A stretch of DNA of 64,000 bases. It comes from an uncultured virus (IMG/VR IMGVR_UViG_3300032167_000100). Its lineage: Duplodnaviria; Heunggongvirae; Uroviricota; Caudoviricetes. Position numbers and translations under genes: made by a program. The notes beneath the pieces were generated by a model. The model did not search any database. It had not been told where the DNA came from and saw nothing but the letters and a program-made list of their open reading frames with translations. Location: IMG/VR virus record IMGVR_UViG_3300032167_000100, one strand, 5' to 3'. Shown in pieces: positions 10,915-21,448 of the stretch. How positions within the stretch are numbered: the stretch's first letter is position 1; each line of letters opens with the position of its first letter.

Positions 10915-11583
10915 ATGAACGGTTTGAAACGACTTTTCTTAAAGCTTCGTTCCTGGGTGATTTGGTCGTTCAGTGATACTTTCCATGTCGAGAAAGATAA
11001 AATTGTAACAGCTGCTATTGCTGCTATGGATAAGTTCGGTGCTATCGGTTGCGATAATGAACTTATCTTCCATAACAAGCAAGATATGAAGTACTTCAAA
11101 GAAATCACTAAAGAGAGTATCGTAATCATGGGTCGAAAGACTTTTGATTCTCTCAAGAAACCTAATGGTCTTCCTGGAAGATTGAATCTCGTGGTTTCTA
11201 GAACTAAGCATCCTTGGTCTGATTCTGTATATTGGTTTACTTCATATGAGAAGGCTATGCAGTTTGCACTTGCTTATTCTTGGAAGACATCTCGTTGCGA
11301 GAAAAAGGTCTTTGTTATCGGAGGAGAGCAGATCTATCGTAAGGCTTTGGAATATGACCAGAGATATAGTATAGACTATATCTATGCAACTATATTCAAT
11401 GAAGCTGCAAAGATATCTGATGCACATTTCCCCATTCATTCCACTATCTATTGCCAGAGATATGTGAAGTGTGAGCAGAGATCAATCGACAATGAAAATG
11501 GAGTTGTTGTAGGCACAATTAGTATCTATGCACTTCCCGAGAAAGTATCTCTTGGAATCAAACTCAGATTGCCTAAAATGTAA
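10915..11583 (+). CDS. folA: dihydrofolate reductase
   Basis: AIG, DMKYFK, VIMGRKTF, LPGRLNLVVSR, VIGGEQIY, DAHFP. Confidence 0.93.
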   Translation: MNGLKRLFLKLRSWVIWSFSDTFHVEKDKIVTAAIAAMDKFGAIGCDNELIFHNKQDMKYFKEITKESIVIMGRKTFDSLKKPNGLPGRLNLVVSRTKHPWSDSVYWFTSYEKAMQFALAYSWKTSRCEKKVFVIGGEQIYRKALEYDQRYSIDYIYATIFNEAAKISDAHFPIHSTIYCQRYVKCEQRSIDNENGVVVGTISIYALPEKVSLGIKLRLPKM

Positions 11584-11590
11584 AATAAGA

Positions 11591-11632
11591 ACCCATGGGA
11601 GAAATCCCATGGGTATCTTTTTATTTTTTTTT
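11591..11632 (+). terminator. intrinsic terminator
   Basis: ACCCATGGGA-GAAA-TCCCATGGGT plus T tract. Confidence 0.85.
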
Positions 11633-11652
11633 GTGAAAGGTGAGTAATCAAG

Positions 11653-11663
11653 TATACATTATA
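11653..11663 (+). promoter_or_regulatory. TATACATTATA motif, putative early promoter
   Basis: Directly after a terminator, heading a run of accessory genes. Confidence 0.5.
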
Positions 11664-11702
11664 GTTATGAAGCCAAAGCAATAAGAAAGTGAGGATTTAA
11701 AA

Positions 11703-12776
11703 ATGAAAAAAGAAAACGCTAGGCTAAACTCAAAAGGATATGACTACAATACATGTCCTTATCCACCCCTGATGACTCTGAGAATGTTTTCAAAGAGCAT
11801 CGACTTCTCCAAGATCAATGTCACAAAAGAGAACAGCAGCATCTATATGTTGACTTTGGATGAAGGAAGAAACACATGGTTGGCTCTCAGATCAGTCTAT
11901 GAATGGTCAAAAACAAAAGAATCGTATAGATTCGATCCTGATGTTCTTGACGAATTTGTTCATCCTGTAAAACCGGGTGAATCTATGCATAGATATCTTG
12001 ACACAAATGCCGAGAAGCTTCTGTACGTTGAGCCCATTCCCTTAAACAGACTTCCATTCAAGTCTTTCGCAATCGACTTCGATAATATCAACTATGTTGT
12101 CGGTCAGAGAAAGATAACGCAGGGTAATGCATATGATGTCGATTCTATGAAAGTGACGAACGTATTCGTCTATGTAGATGATACATATTTCAAAGACTTC
12201 TACTACGTTATCGTATCTTGGATCGATGAAAAAGATGGAATGATTCCTTCTTGCTTCCTTATCCCGAAGACGGAGAAGAAGACGGTTAGAGATTGTGCTG
12301 CGACACTGTATGAGATGGCACTTAATGATATGCCGAAAAATCAAAGATATCCTAAGCTGATTGAATCACATAATGAATTCATGGCTAACTATATCGTCAA
12401 TGCTTGTCTCATTCACAAAGGATTGATCGATGTATTATCTTACCTCTGTGCAAAGAATGCCGAGATCTTGGAGAGACCTATCAAGAGAAGACCTCCGAGC
12501 AACAAGCATCATTTTGCAGAAGTAAGAACTTGGGATGTAGCACTTCGCTATGGGTCTCAATTGCGCGAGTATAAGAGACAGACTCAAGAAGCAAAGACCG
12601 ATCCTAGTAAACATGTAGGTCATAGAAGTCCCAGACCTCATATGAGAAGGGCACACTGGCACAGATATTGGACAGGTAAGGGTAGAACCGAACTGACCAT
12701 TCTCTGGATCGACAGTATTGCAGTAAATGCAAATGCATCAGGTGATCTTCCCGTTGAAGTTCACGATGTGAAATAA
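11703..12776 (+). CDS. hypothetical phage protein
   Basis: 357-aa ORF with C-terminal RPHMRRAHWHRYWTG motif. Confidence 0.8.
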   Translation: MKKENARLNSKGYDYNTCPYPPLMTLRMFSKSIDFSKINVTKENSSIYMLTLDEGRNTWLALRSVYEWSKTKESYRFDPDVLDEFVHPVKPGESMHRYLDTNAEKLLYVEPIPLNRLPFKSFAIDFDNINYVVGQRKITQGNAYDVDSMKVTNVFVYVDDTYFKDFYYVIVSWIDEKDGMIPSCFLIPKTEKKTVRDCAATLYEMALNDMPKNQRYPKLIESHNEFMANYIVNACLIHKGLIDVLSYLCAKNAEILERPIKRRPPSNKHHFAEVRTWDVALRYGSQLREYKRQTQEAKTDPSKHVGHRSPRPHMRRAHWHRYWTGKGRTELTILWIDSIAVNANASGDLPVEVHDVK

Positions 12777-12818
12777 GGAAATTTTTTGGAAATAAGGAAC
12801 TGAAAGGAAATTAAGGAA

Positions 12819-13550
12819 ATGATCGTAACTAGATTAACTCAATCAGAAGCAGAAGTGCTTGACAAAATAGCAACCATAACAAAGATGAATTGCTGGTTCC
12901 ATATCGGAGAATTCGGTGATGGATGTAACTATATCGAAGACCTTGAAGATGGAATTACATATGGTCTCCGTGAAGGAATCCAACTTCTCTACGAAGGAAT
13001 GGCTGCCATTAAATACGTATCTCTCACAAGTCATGACATCGATGTATTCGAGAATCTTCTTGAAAAGCTCGGAATTGAGCACAAGGTTAATCTCGAACCT
13101 ACTCATAGTGAGATATCCGATAATCATTATTTCATCAATATACCCACACCCGATATCGTTCACTCTCAGGCATGCAGAAGAGTCAGAACAAAGGCTTGTA
13201 ATATCTACTGTCCTGAAGACTCGTACTGGGTTGAATATGTAATCGATGACGATTACTATGACTGTAACAACTGTCGCAAGATACATCTCAGACCTCTTGA
13301 TGACAGATTCCCCAAACTGGTTTATAATCAGTCAAGATTTATCCATGATGTAAAGAATGGGTATATTATAAAGAAGACGAATCCCAATATCGATACTGCT
13401 ATTGTGAGATTCGACGCTGGACAAGATTACATAATTGTGACCTGTGTAGTTGCAGATGGAAAGAAAATCCTCACAAACAGAGAACTCGTACCCGAGTATG
13501 CAACAATCGTAACACGTGGTCGCAATGTGACAAAATACAAAATGTTCTAA
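12819..13550 (+). CDS. hypothetical protein
   Basis: 243-aa ORF with RBS. Confidence 0.75.
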   Translation: MIVTRLTQSEAEVLDKIATITKMNCWFHIGEFGDGCNYIEDLEDGITYGLREGIQLLYEGMAAIKYVSLTSHDIDVFENLLEKLGIEHKVNLEPTHSEISDNHYFINIPTPDIVHSQACRRVRTKACNIYCPEDSYWVEYVIDDDYYDCNNCRKIHLRPLDDRFPKLVYNQSRFIHDVKNGYIIKKTNPNIDTAIVRFDAGQDYIIVTCVVADGKKILTNRELVPEYATIVTRGRNVTKYKMF

Positions 13551-13566
13551 ATGAAAGGAAACTATT

Positions 13567-14076
13567 ATGAACACGAATAAGGTAAACGATACAATCATCA
13601 ATGATACCGATATTATGGATATCTGCAAAAAGATGATCGCATCCCCGCACCGATATGATATTCCTCACCCTCTTTATCAGAGTCAGAATATTAAGTTTAT
13701 CTCCGAAGGCACTATGTTCGTTCGTTTTAAGTGTCTCAAAGAGATCCTCACTTCTCTTGATGAATCGGGAGAAATCGATAAGGTCGACTGGGATTATGTG
13801 ATGAAGAATCTCATGTCCAACCAGGATCCCACCGACTTCAATATCATTCCCGAGAAGATTACAAGTCTTGAACAGGTAACCGAGATCTATACTCAGATCT
13901 TGAATGCTATGATCATGACTTCTAATCCTTGGAGAAAAGAAGTATGCAAAGATTGTGGAGAAGAGTTTACAATCTCTTCTTCTGAAATCGCATTCTATCG
14001 TCAGAAGAATCTCTGCATTCCGAAGCGTTGCCAGAAGTGTAGAGATACGAGGAAAGCCAACGCAGAGGAGGCATAA
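13567..14076 (+). CDS. zinc-ribbon domain protein (zf-trcl-like)
   Basis: CKDCGEEF...FY...PKRCQKCR. Confidence 0.8.
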   Translation: MNTNKVNDTIINDTDIMDICKKMIASPHRYDIPHPLYQSQNIKFISEGTMFVRFKCLKEILTSLDESGEIDKVDWDYVMKNLMSNQDPTDFNIIPEKITSLEQVTEIYTQILNAMIMTSNPWRKEVCKDCGEEFTISSSEIAFYRQKNLCIPKRCQKCRDTRKANAEEA

Positions 14077-14077
14077 G

Positions 14078-14929
14078 ATGTTCCCAATATTTTTTAAAAG
14101 TCTCCGTGTAAAAAAGAGACCTCCAACAGATGCATCTAACCTTGTGGAAGACCTTGGTGGAAAAATCGATCCCGAAGAACAGCGTAAGCTTCAGGAGATG
14201 AAAGCCGACTATATGCCTAGAGGAGATCATCACTCAAAGCCTTGTCCCGAATGTGGAGCTCGGACTGTGATGGATCCTACGGGTGTCTACTATTGTCCTG
14301 ATTGCGAGGAAGCTAATAAAGAGAAACTGAATGAAGAATGCAATAAGTTTCTCGATGAAGCATCAAACACTCAGAACAAGTGTGAAGCCTGTGGTGGTTA
14401 TGATGACACAGGAGGTAGTGGTCTCTGCTCAGCCTGTGTTGATAAGCTCGTTGATAAGGCTGCTAACGATGAAGAAGCAGCTCAAAAAGAGCTTGATGAA
14501 CTTCAGGAGAAGGCAGTCGTAATTCAGGAAGCCCTGTTCAACGATACCATGAAGAATGCGAAGATGTGGCTCAGAATTAGATACTTGATTGCTATAGTTT
14601 CCAAGTCTCTTAAGTCTGGCTACAAAGAATCGGATATCGACTGGGATAAGGTCGATAGATTGGTTCGAACCAATATCTCTCCCGATGATTACAATATCAT
14701 TCCGTATGAAAAGATCGATAGCTATGAGAAGCTTGATCATATTCATGGAAGTCTTTGTGCAGCCACAGTTATCGATAATCTTCCTTGGAGAGAAGAGATT
14801 TGCAAAGATTGTAAAAAGAAGTTTTACATTTCTTTGAATGACGTTCAGTTCTATGAAAGAAAGGGAATGTCACTACCCAAGCGTTGTTTAGATTGTAGAA
14901 AGAAAAGAAGAGAAACGAAAGGAAAATAA
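14078..14929 (+). CDS. multi zinc-ribbon protein, paralog of the upstream gene
   Basis: CKDCKKKF...FY...PKRCLDCR plus extra CxxC pairs; GGAGG before ATG 14078. Confidence 0.8.
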   Translation: MFPIFFKSLRVKKRPPTDASNLVEDLGGKIDPEEQRKLQEMKADYMPRGDHHSKPCPECGARTVMDPTGVYYCPDCEEANKEKLNEECNKFLDEASNTQNKCEACGGYDDTGGSGLCSACVDKLVDKAANDEEAAQKELDELQEKAVVIQEALFNDTMKNAKMWLRIRYLIAIVSKSLKSGYKESDIDWDKVDRLVRTNISPDDYNIIPYEKIDSYEKLDHIHGSLCAATVIDNLPWREEICKDCKKKFYISLNDVQFYERKGMSLPKRCLDCRKKRRETKGK

Positions 14930-14933
14930 GAAA

Positions 14934-16229
14934 ATGAAAACCAACATCTTTACTCGCACCATCAACAAAATCAAATACGGTGTATTAAACATCGTTAAGA
15001 AAATCAACCTGAAAAGGCTGAGAAAGGATCTCGATAATCTCAACGATGCTATATTCGAGGATCTCAAGAGTCTTGCCACTTTTGACACAAATCTGTTTTC
15101 TGTCAGAGACAACGATTTGTATTTGAGGAGTAACTTCCGTCATGATACCACTTCAAGTGCATATATCTATCACGAAGCAGATGCTAACACGGTTCTCAGA
15201 ACCTTGATCATTAAGCAGGACTATTCCGATTGGGAAGGTAAGATCGACTATGTCGAGATCGAGGCAGATGAAGTCAAGAGAGTTCTCAAGAGATTCACTG
15301 AATATCTTGCAACCACAGAAAATCTCCCCCAAGACAGAACTGAGGTTCTCTATGATAAGCCTCATATTCGTATCAATACCATTGCCGGTATATACGATGT
15401 CGCATTTGATCCGACATATCTTACCAAGTGCTTCATTTCAGAATTCCATTGTGTCCGCAATACTCATTTCGAGTATGCTATTACAGAGATCCGCGGCACG
15501 GTCAATGCTTATCACCAGTCCAAAAAGAAGGAATGGGATACAGCATTCACAAAGTGGTTTAACCGCATGAGAATGTTTTTCATCAACTTGCTCGATGATT
15601 GCGATACGACCATGAAACCCGAAGATTTTATCAAACATCTCGACAATGCACTTTGCAGTGACTGGATGCGCGAGTATGGGACTTTTGACGATAACAGTCT
15701 GAGTTTCATCCTCAATTACATGGTTCTTTCGTTCTGCCGCGAACAACCCGAGAAAGCTGCGAAAGTTATAGCATCTGATGATGCTATCCGTCCTGCAATT
15801 GCATGTATGTATAATAAAGCTCTTGAAGAGTACTTTAATTATGAATTGACTGTGGATGCTATGACCAGTCTTCTTAGAGACTTCAACATCACAAAGTACC
15901 GCCTCAGCAAGCTGTTTCCGAGAAATACATACGATGCATGGAAAGCAGCAAAGAGAGAACCTGGATATGGTCCTATTGGTTACCGTACGATCGGTGATAT
16001 CTTCCTTGAGAATTTCGAGGGATATGAAATGGAACGTATTACAAAACCTGCGTATCTCTTCAGAATCCGCAAGGATGCAAACTCTGAATGGGATGTGTAT
16101 GGACTGAATAATTTCACAGACACCGTTCGTACAATCCCTGCTCTCAAAGAGATTGCAAGTGTATATAACTATGATGCACTTATCTGGGCATATGGTTATG
16201 TATGCACCAAGATCAATAAGATCGTATGA
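14934..16229 (+). CDS. hypothetical protein
   Basis: 431-aa ORF. Confidence 0.8.
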   Translation: MKTNIFTRTINKIKYGVLNIVKKINLKRLRKDLDNLNDAIFEDLKSLATFDTNLFSVRDNDLYLRSNFRHDTTSSAYIYHEADANTVLRTLIIKQDYSDWEGKIDYVEIEADEVKRVLKRFTEYLATTENLPQDRTEVLYDKPHIRINTIAGIYDVAFDPTYLTKCFISEFHCVRNTHFEYAITEIRGTVNAYHQSKKKEWDTAFTKWFNRMRMFFINLLDDCDTTMKPEDFIKHLDNALCSDWMREYGTFDDNSLSFILNYMVLSFCREQPEKAAKVIASDDAIRPAIACMYNKALEEYFNYELTVDAMTSLLRDFNITKYRLSKLFPRNTYDAWKAAKREPGYGPIGYRTIGDIFLENFEGYEMERITKPAYLFRIRKDANSEWDVYGLNNFTDTVRTIPALKEIASVYNYDALIWAYGYVCTKINKIV

Positions 16230-16630
16230 GAATCAAGCGATTTAAACTCAAAGAAGGGACAACGCTTGACGAGATAAGAAACTATCCAGGTATCCAAGAT
16301 AATTATGGTACCTGGATATCCAAAGATACCATATTACATTTGACGATAGATTTATCAGTTATGGTTATCATAGCTGGTACCCGTCACCCTAGGAAGAATA
16401 AAGAGCATAGATTTGCACTTGATCTTGGAATAGGATTTCCTGAAGATCTTTCTAGGTGGGATGACTTTACTCACACTATCGTATTAGATATGGCATTTTG
16501 TCAACCGTATCAACCTTTCTATAACAAATTCAATACCGAGATTGAGGATCATGAACATGTCCTTAAGATGGTAGTTGAGAAGTATAATGCCGCAATGGCA
16601 TCTCTTCCATTTTTAGAAGAAATTCAATAA
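16226..16630 (+). CDS. hypothetical protein
   Basis: 134-aa ORF, ATGA overlap with the upstream gene. Confidence 0.7.
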   Translation: MRIKRFKLKEGTTLDEIRNYPGIQDNYGTWISKDTILHLTIDLSVMVIIAGTRHPRKNKEHRFALDLGIGFPEDLSRWDDFTHTIVLDMAFCQPYQPFYNKFNTEIEDHEHVLKMVVEKYNAAMASLPFLEEIQ

Positions 16631-16663
16631 GAAAATTTTAAGGAATTAAGGAGAAGTATAAAA

Positions 16664-17113
16664 ATGTGTAAACTTTTCAACCGTAAGAAATCCAAATCCG
16701 TTGAGTATATCCCTAACGAAATCAGACTCTGCACCAACAACGGTGTTCTCAGAATCACCGTCCGTGACAATGCAAGTCTTTCTCTTACCTACGTATCTGA
16801 ACCTGCTCGTGAGAAGCTTGGCTACAGATTTGTAAATGAAAATCCAAAAGAACTGATGCATATTCTTGGTTGTGCAATTGCAACCATTAAACAGTATTTT
16901 GGTACCGACCCCAAAGGAACTCTTGAAGAACTTCAGATTCTCATCGATCTCAATCTGATAGGAAAGGGAGATATCATCACTACAACTATCGGTGGAGCTC
17001 AAGCTAATCTCTCTGCAGTTCAGGCATTCGCAGATGCTAAGTATAATGCAGATCCCGAGCTTGTTGTTCCTCTTCCCTACACCGGCGATAAGCCCAATGT
17101 GGTAGCTCTCTAA
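16664..17113 (+). CDS. hypothetical protein
   Basis: 149-aa ORF, AAGGAG RBS. Confidence 0.75.
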   Translation: MCKLFNRKKSKSVEYIPNEIRLCTNNGVLRITVRDNASLSLTYVSEPAREKLGYRFVNENPKELMHILGCAIATIKQYFGTDPKGTLEELQILIDLNLIGKGDIITTTIGGAQANLSAVQAFADAKYNADPELVVPLPYTGDKPNVVAL

Positions 17114-17126
17114 GGAGGTATGAATC

Positions 17127-18350
17127 ATGGAAATCAATATCAGTGGAATCCGTGAAATCAATTGCAAGGAATTTGCAAATCGTGTAATCGATAAGACAAG
17201 AGAGATGATCGATCTTCTCAGAACAAGTGCTCATTTTGATTACCATAGCTGTGTCTATTCTCTCAGAGTTCCAACTCTTGCAATCATCCATGTCGAAACC
17301 GGAGATGAGAATACAGATGCACCTACCAGATCCTATCTCAGAAACAAACTGAGATGCTGTGAAAGAGCCGGCATGCTTTGTCAGGTTCATCGTTTTGTAT
17401 CTCAGTATGAGGGTAGACGATTTGATCCCGATCTTTACAATAAGATCAAAGACAAGATCGAAGTTCTCAACAATGATCCTTCTATTAACGGAATCATCCT
17501 TCAGCTTCCTTGCGGAAATGCTGATAATGGTCTTGGACGAGAGGAAGGTATCGATTGCGAGCCTCTTTACGAGTTTATCGCACCATACAAGGATGTGGAT
17601 TGTTTGAATCCTCAAAATGTGTTTAATGTCTGCATGGGCACCTCTACAGCATATGATTTTAGACCTTGTACACCTGCCGGAATCGTCAACCTTCTCATGT
17701 GGTCGGGTAACTCTGAGATTGAGAAGCTCGAGAATGCTGCAAAGCGAGTTGCAGTTATCGGTAGAAGTAACATCGTTGGTAAGCCTCTGTCTCTTCTTAT
17801 GACTGGACTTGATCACACAGTTACACTCTGCCATTCCCGTACAGACCCAGATGAACTCAAGAGAATCATCAATGAGTCGGATATCGTAATCTCGGCTACA
17901 GGTTACCCTGGTGTAGTCAATGCAGACATCCTGACCATGTATGATAAAGACTCTGAAAAGTATCCCAGGAAGATGCTTATTGATGTAGGTATCCACAGAA
18001 ATGAGGATACTGGTAAGCTTGAGGGTGATGTTGATATGAACAGTATCTTTGCTCGTGATCTTCTTCATCATGACATGGATATTCTCTATACACCTGTACC
18101 TGGAGGAGTCGGTCCTCTGACAACTGCAATGGTTGTGTTCAATACATATCTTGCTTGGTGTAAGATGTGGAAGAGACACGTTTGCTATCGTAATCTCTTC
18201 TGGGAATCTCTCTGGTGCAAGACATATATCACACCCAACGTAATTGATCATTCAAAAGCCCCTGCCGATATGGAGGATTTTGAGGTTCAATACGATATCA
18301 CTCACATCTATCCTGATGGATCCAAAATTACAGAAACGAGGTTGTATTGA
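17127..18350 (+). CDS. folD: bifunctional methylene-THF dehydrogenase/cyclohydrolase
   Basis: GIILQLP, KDVD, PCTPAG, VIGRSNIVGKP, IDVG, GDVD, TPVPGGVGPLT. Confidence 0.95.
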   Translation: MEINISGIREINCKEFANRVIDKTREMIDLLRTSAHFDYHSCVYSLRVPTLAIIHVETGDENTDAPTRSYLRNKLRCCERAGMLCQVHRFVSQYEGRRFDPDLYNKIKDKIEVLNNDPSINGIILQLPCGNADNGLGREEGIDCEPLYEFIAPYKDVDCLNPQNVFNVCMGTSTAYDFRPCTPAGIVNLLMWSGNSEIEKLENAAKRVAVIGRSNIVGKPLSLLMTGLDHTVTLCHSRTDPDELKRIINESDIVISATGYPGVVNADILTMYDKDSEKYPRKMLIDVGIHRNEDTGKLEGDVDMNSIFARDLLHHDMDILYTPVPGGVGPLTTAMVVFNTYLAWCKMWKRHVCYRNLFWESLWCKTYITPNVIDHSKAPADMEDFEVQYDITHIYPDGSKITETRLY

Positions 18351-18351
18351 T

Positions 18352-18576
18352 ATGAATGCACTTAAAGCTCGTAGAAAATGGGATGAAGAGCAGGCAGTAA
18401 AAGCCCGCATCGAAGAACAGCGTAGAGAGGAAGAGTACTTAATGTCTCTTCCTCCCGAAGAACAAAAGAAATACATCGAAGAAAAGAACGCAAAGAGACA
18501 AAGAGCAATGGGTAAACTTGCAGGAATCATGGCAATGAATTCCATGCTCAATGGACCTTACGGGAAAGGAAAATAA
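18352..18576 (+). CDS. small charged hypothetical protein
   Basis: ATG one base after the folD stop. Confidence 0.6.
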   Translation: MNALKARRKWDEEQAVKARIEEQRREEEYLMSLPPEEQKKYIEEKNAKRQRAMGKLAGIMAMNSMLNGPYGKGK

Positions 18577-18577
18577 C

Positions 18578-18796
18578 ATGGGATACATTCTTGGTGCCTT
18601 TTTTGGGCTTATCATCTGGGCTGGAGTAATTGCCTTTGAAGGATGGATCTTCATGCTTCTCTGGAACTGGTCTATTGCATCGATTTTCACTATGATTCCC
18701 GAGTTGACTTTCTGGCAAGCAGTCATTCTGCTTGCTTTGGTCAACTTCATCGTTGGATTCATCCAAGGTCTTCGAGAAAGGAAGAATAAGCAATGA
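18578..18796 (+). CDS. small membrane protein
   Basis: Two hydrophobic segments and a basic C-terminus. Confidence 0.7.
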   Translation: MGYILGAFFGLIIWAGVIAFEGWIFMLLWNWSIASIFTMIPELTFWQAVILLALVNFIVGFIQGLRERKNKQ

Positions 18797-19599
18797 TTTT
18801 CGAGATCGATAATAAATCCTATGATACCAATTCTCTGGCTGTCAAAGATGTGCAGGATGTGAATTTTTCTGAAGAAGTCCTTACTCTGGTAAGCACGGAA
18901 TTCGATGTAGAAAAACCTGTATTTGAACAGCCTCTTGGAATCATATTTAAAATTAAACGCGATGTTTATATGATGAAGTTGGCTGGAATCGAGACTGCTT
19001 TGAAAATAGCAAATAGTGAAGATCGGTGGGATACATTAACCGTTGGAAAATTCGTGCACATGGTTCAAGAGATGAAAGAAATAGATAAAAAGATTCAACC
19101 TTTCATAAACACCGCTAGAAAGGTAAAGTGTCTTGATCTTTATAATCTTTTCACAAGACTCAGGTATGAATGTGCATCTCTCACCAAACTCATTGAATTT
19201 GGTATAAAAACCAAATCAAAGCCGCCAGAATTTTCCATTCGCGTGAAGATCCCAGATCTTCCTTCGTTCGAAGTTTGGTTCACTGAGCATGGTTGTAAAT
19301 ATATTCTCAATCATGGAGATTATTATATTGCAATCGCTCAAACAGGTTGGTCTAAGAAAGATACAACATTCCACTTTGCAGTAGCAACAGCAGATAACCC
19401 GTTGAATATTTACTCATCCCCTATCTTTGACAAGGTCATTCGTGTCGATAATAATCACGATGATGACTGGTACAAAGAAGAGCTTGAGCAATGGTATGAA
19501 TCTACCGTGACTCAGTTCAATAAGTTCTGGGTGGATTATATCGAACGTACATATCTTAATGAAAGGAGCACTAATAATGCCGGAGATAAAAATACTTGA
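18793..19599 (+). CDS. hypothetical protein
   Basis: 268-aa ORF, ATGA overlap. Confidence 0.75.
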   Translation: MIFEIDNKSYDTNSLAVKDVQDVNFSEEVLTLVSTEFDVEKPVFEQPLGIIFKIKRDVYMMKLAGIETALKIANSEDRWDTLTVGKFVHMVQEMKEIDKKIQPFINTARKVKCLDLYNLFTRLRYECASLTKLIEFGIKTKSKPPEFSIRVKIPDLPSFEVWFTEHGCKYILNHGDYYIAIAQTGWSKKDTTFHFAVATADNPLNIYSSPIFDKVIRVDNNHDDDWYKEELEQWYESTVTQFNKFWVDYIERTYLNERSTNNAGDKNT

Positions 19600-20038
19600 C
19601 GACAAGTATATCAAGGAACATGAGTTCACTCGTGACGATTTGGATAAGTATGCAAGAGAGCATTCATTGATGAAGAATCACAATATGGAGACTTCTACGA
19701 ATCTCGAGAATATTATCCGAATCAAATGCAATCAACACAACGCTAATATGCACAAGATTATCGATATGATCTTGGCTACCAATGTACTCAAAATCAAAGT
19801 CACTCGTGATAAGGATACTCAACCCCAGTACCAGACGATGAATGATAGTCTTGAGAAAGCTTATGAGCAGTTCAATGCATATAACGAGAACTTCTTTATC
19901 TACGATGAATATGCAAACAAACTTGAGTTGAAAGACTTTGGTATGTGGGCATTTCTCGTGAAGCAAGTAACCTATATCCAGGATCTGTTCAATATGTCCT
20001 TTGATATCGTTCGTTATGCAATCAAATTGAATGACTAA
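19577..20038 (+). CDS. hypothetical protein
   Basis: AAGGAG before ATG 19577. Confidence 0.7.
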   Translation: MPEIKILDDKYIKEHEFTRDDLDKYAREHSLMKNHNMETSTNLENIIRIKCNQHNANMHKIIDMILATNVLKIKVTRDKDTQPQYQTMNDSLEKAYEQFNAYNENFFIYDEYANKLELKDFGMWAFLVKQVTYIQDLFNMSFDIVRYAIKLND

Positions 20039-20045
20039 CAAAGAA

Positions 20046-20090
20046 AGAGAGACGTCCACATCGGGCGTCTCTCTATTTTATTTTTTTTCT
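20046..20090 (+). terminator. intrinsic terminator
   Basis: AGAGAGACGTCC...GGGCGTCTCTCT plus T tract. Confidence 0.8.
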
Positions 20091-20105
20091 TTAAACTGGT
20101 TGGGA

Positions 20106-20117
20106 AACATTTATATA
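20106..20117 (+). promoter_or_regulatory. AACA-N6-TA late-type promoter
   Basis: AACATTTATATA; matches the AR9 non-virion RNAP consensus and recurs in intergenic DNA. Confidence 0.65.
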
Positions 20118-20175
20118 AGAAGCTGTACACGATTGAGATGTGCAGTTTACTTATAGTTTAAGGAATGGTGATTTA

Positions 20176-21378
20176 ATGAACTTAATCAAATGCTTTATGA
20201 CTAAGAGTACTTGGTATAAGGGTGCCATTAATGATAGTAAACCTATCGGCATCTTATGGCATGATACTGCGTCAGGTAACCCTAATCTTTGTAGATTCGT
20301 TCAGCCTTATAAGGGTGACGAAAACTATGATGAACTCATGCAAATTCTCGGTAAGAATAAGTACAACAATGACTGGAATCATATTGAACATGATGCTGGT
20401 TTGAATTGTTGGATTGGTAAACTTGCTGATGGATCTATTGCAACAGTTCAGACTGGTGAATGGACAAGGGCTCCTTGGGGTTGCGGTAGCGGTTCTAAAG
20501 GCTCACTCAATGGTTATCTCTTTTCGGATAGCTTGAAGTGGATGCAAGATCATAATATCAAGTATGTAAAGGTCAACACAAAATACTGGATTCGTCAGCA
20601 TTATATTCAGTTTGAGATCTGTGACGACGGTTATAAGAGTAAGGAATACTTTGAGCAAGTCTATAAAGAGGCTTGTGAAGTAACTGCTTATTTCTGTAAG
20701 CTGTTCAATATCGATCCTATGGGATATAATGATTTCGGTGGAATTCAGGTTCCTACTATTACTTGTCATGCTGAGAGCCATTCTCTGAATCTTGGTGGTA
20801 ACCATGGTGATGTATATGCATGGTTTAAAGCTATGGGTCTTCCGAGAAGTATGGATAAAGTAAGACAAGACGTAAAAAGCATTTTGACAAACGATGTATC
20901 TTCAGACGATACGCCGACTTTCCATGAAGGTGATGTTATCTCGTTAACGACAACCAAATACTCTAGTGGTAAATCTATTCCATCTTGGGTATTTAATAAT
21001 ACTCTCTATTATAGAGGAATGCGTGGAGATAACGAAGTAGTCTTTTCTACACAGAAGACTGGTGCAATAACCGGTGTTGTATTTAAGAGCGATGTTAAGC
21101 TCGTTAGTTGTTCTCATGAGCCTGATCCCGAGGAGAATGAAATTCCTCCGATAGTGGATAATAATACCGAGAACAAAGAACCCGAAGTTATTGACCCTCC
21201 TGTAGTAGAAGACGTCCCTGAATCTAGCGCACCTGAAGTGGAAGATAACGCACAGGATAAAGAAGTGCAGACTGAAAATACTGATACTTATATTGAGAAC
21301 AAAGAAGAAATGGATAATTTCTTGATCAAGCTTCTCAATAATATCATTAGTTTCATCATGAAATTTTTCAAAAAATAA
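20176..21378 (+). CDS. N-acetylmuramoyl-L-alanine amidase (Amidase_2-like endolysin)
   Basis: ILWHDTA, IQFEIC, CHAE...NHGD; Pro/Glu-rich linker and amphipathic C-terminus. Confidence 0.8.
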   Translation: MNLIKCFMTKSTWYKGAINDSKPIGILWHDTASGNPNLCRFVQPYKGDENYDELMQILGKNKYNNDWNHIEHDAGLNCWIGKLADGSIATVQTGEWTRAPWGCGSGSKGSLNGYLFSDSLKWMQDHNIKYVKVNTKYWIRQHYIQFEICDDGYKSKEYFEQVYKEACEVTAYFCKLFNIDPMGYNDFGGIQVPTITCHAESHSLNLGGNHGDVYAWFKAMGLPRSMDKVRQDVKSILTNDVSSDDTPTFHEGDVISLTTTKYSSGKSIPSWVFNNTLYYRGMRGDNEVVFSTQKTGAITGVVFKSDVKLVSCSHEPDPEENEIPPIVDNNTENKEPEVIDPPVVEDVPESSAPEVEDNAQDKEVQTENTDTYIENKEEMDNFLIKLLNNIISFIMKFFKK

Positions 21379-21396
21379 CTCAAAAAATAGATAGAA

Positions 21397-21422
21397 GGAG
21401 ATAGCCAATTACGGCTATCTCC
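21397..21422. terminator. bidirectional terminator between convergent genes
   Basis: GGAGATAGCC-AATTAC-GGCTATCTCC. Confidence 0.7.
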
Positions 21423-21448
21423 CTATCTTTGTTCAGTTGGATTTTACA

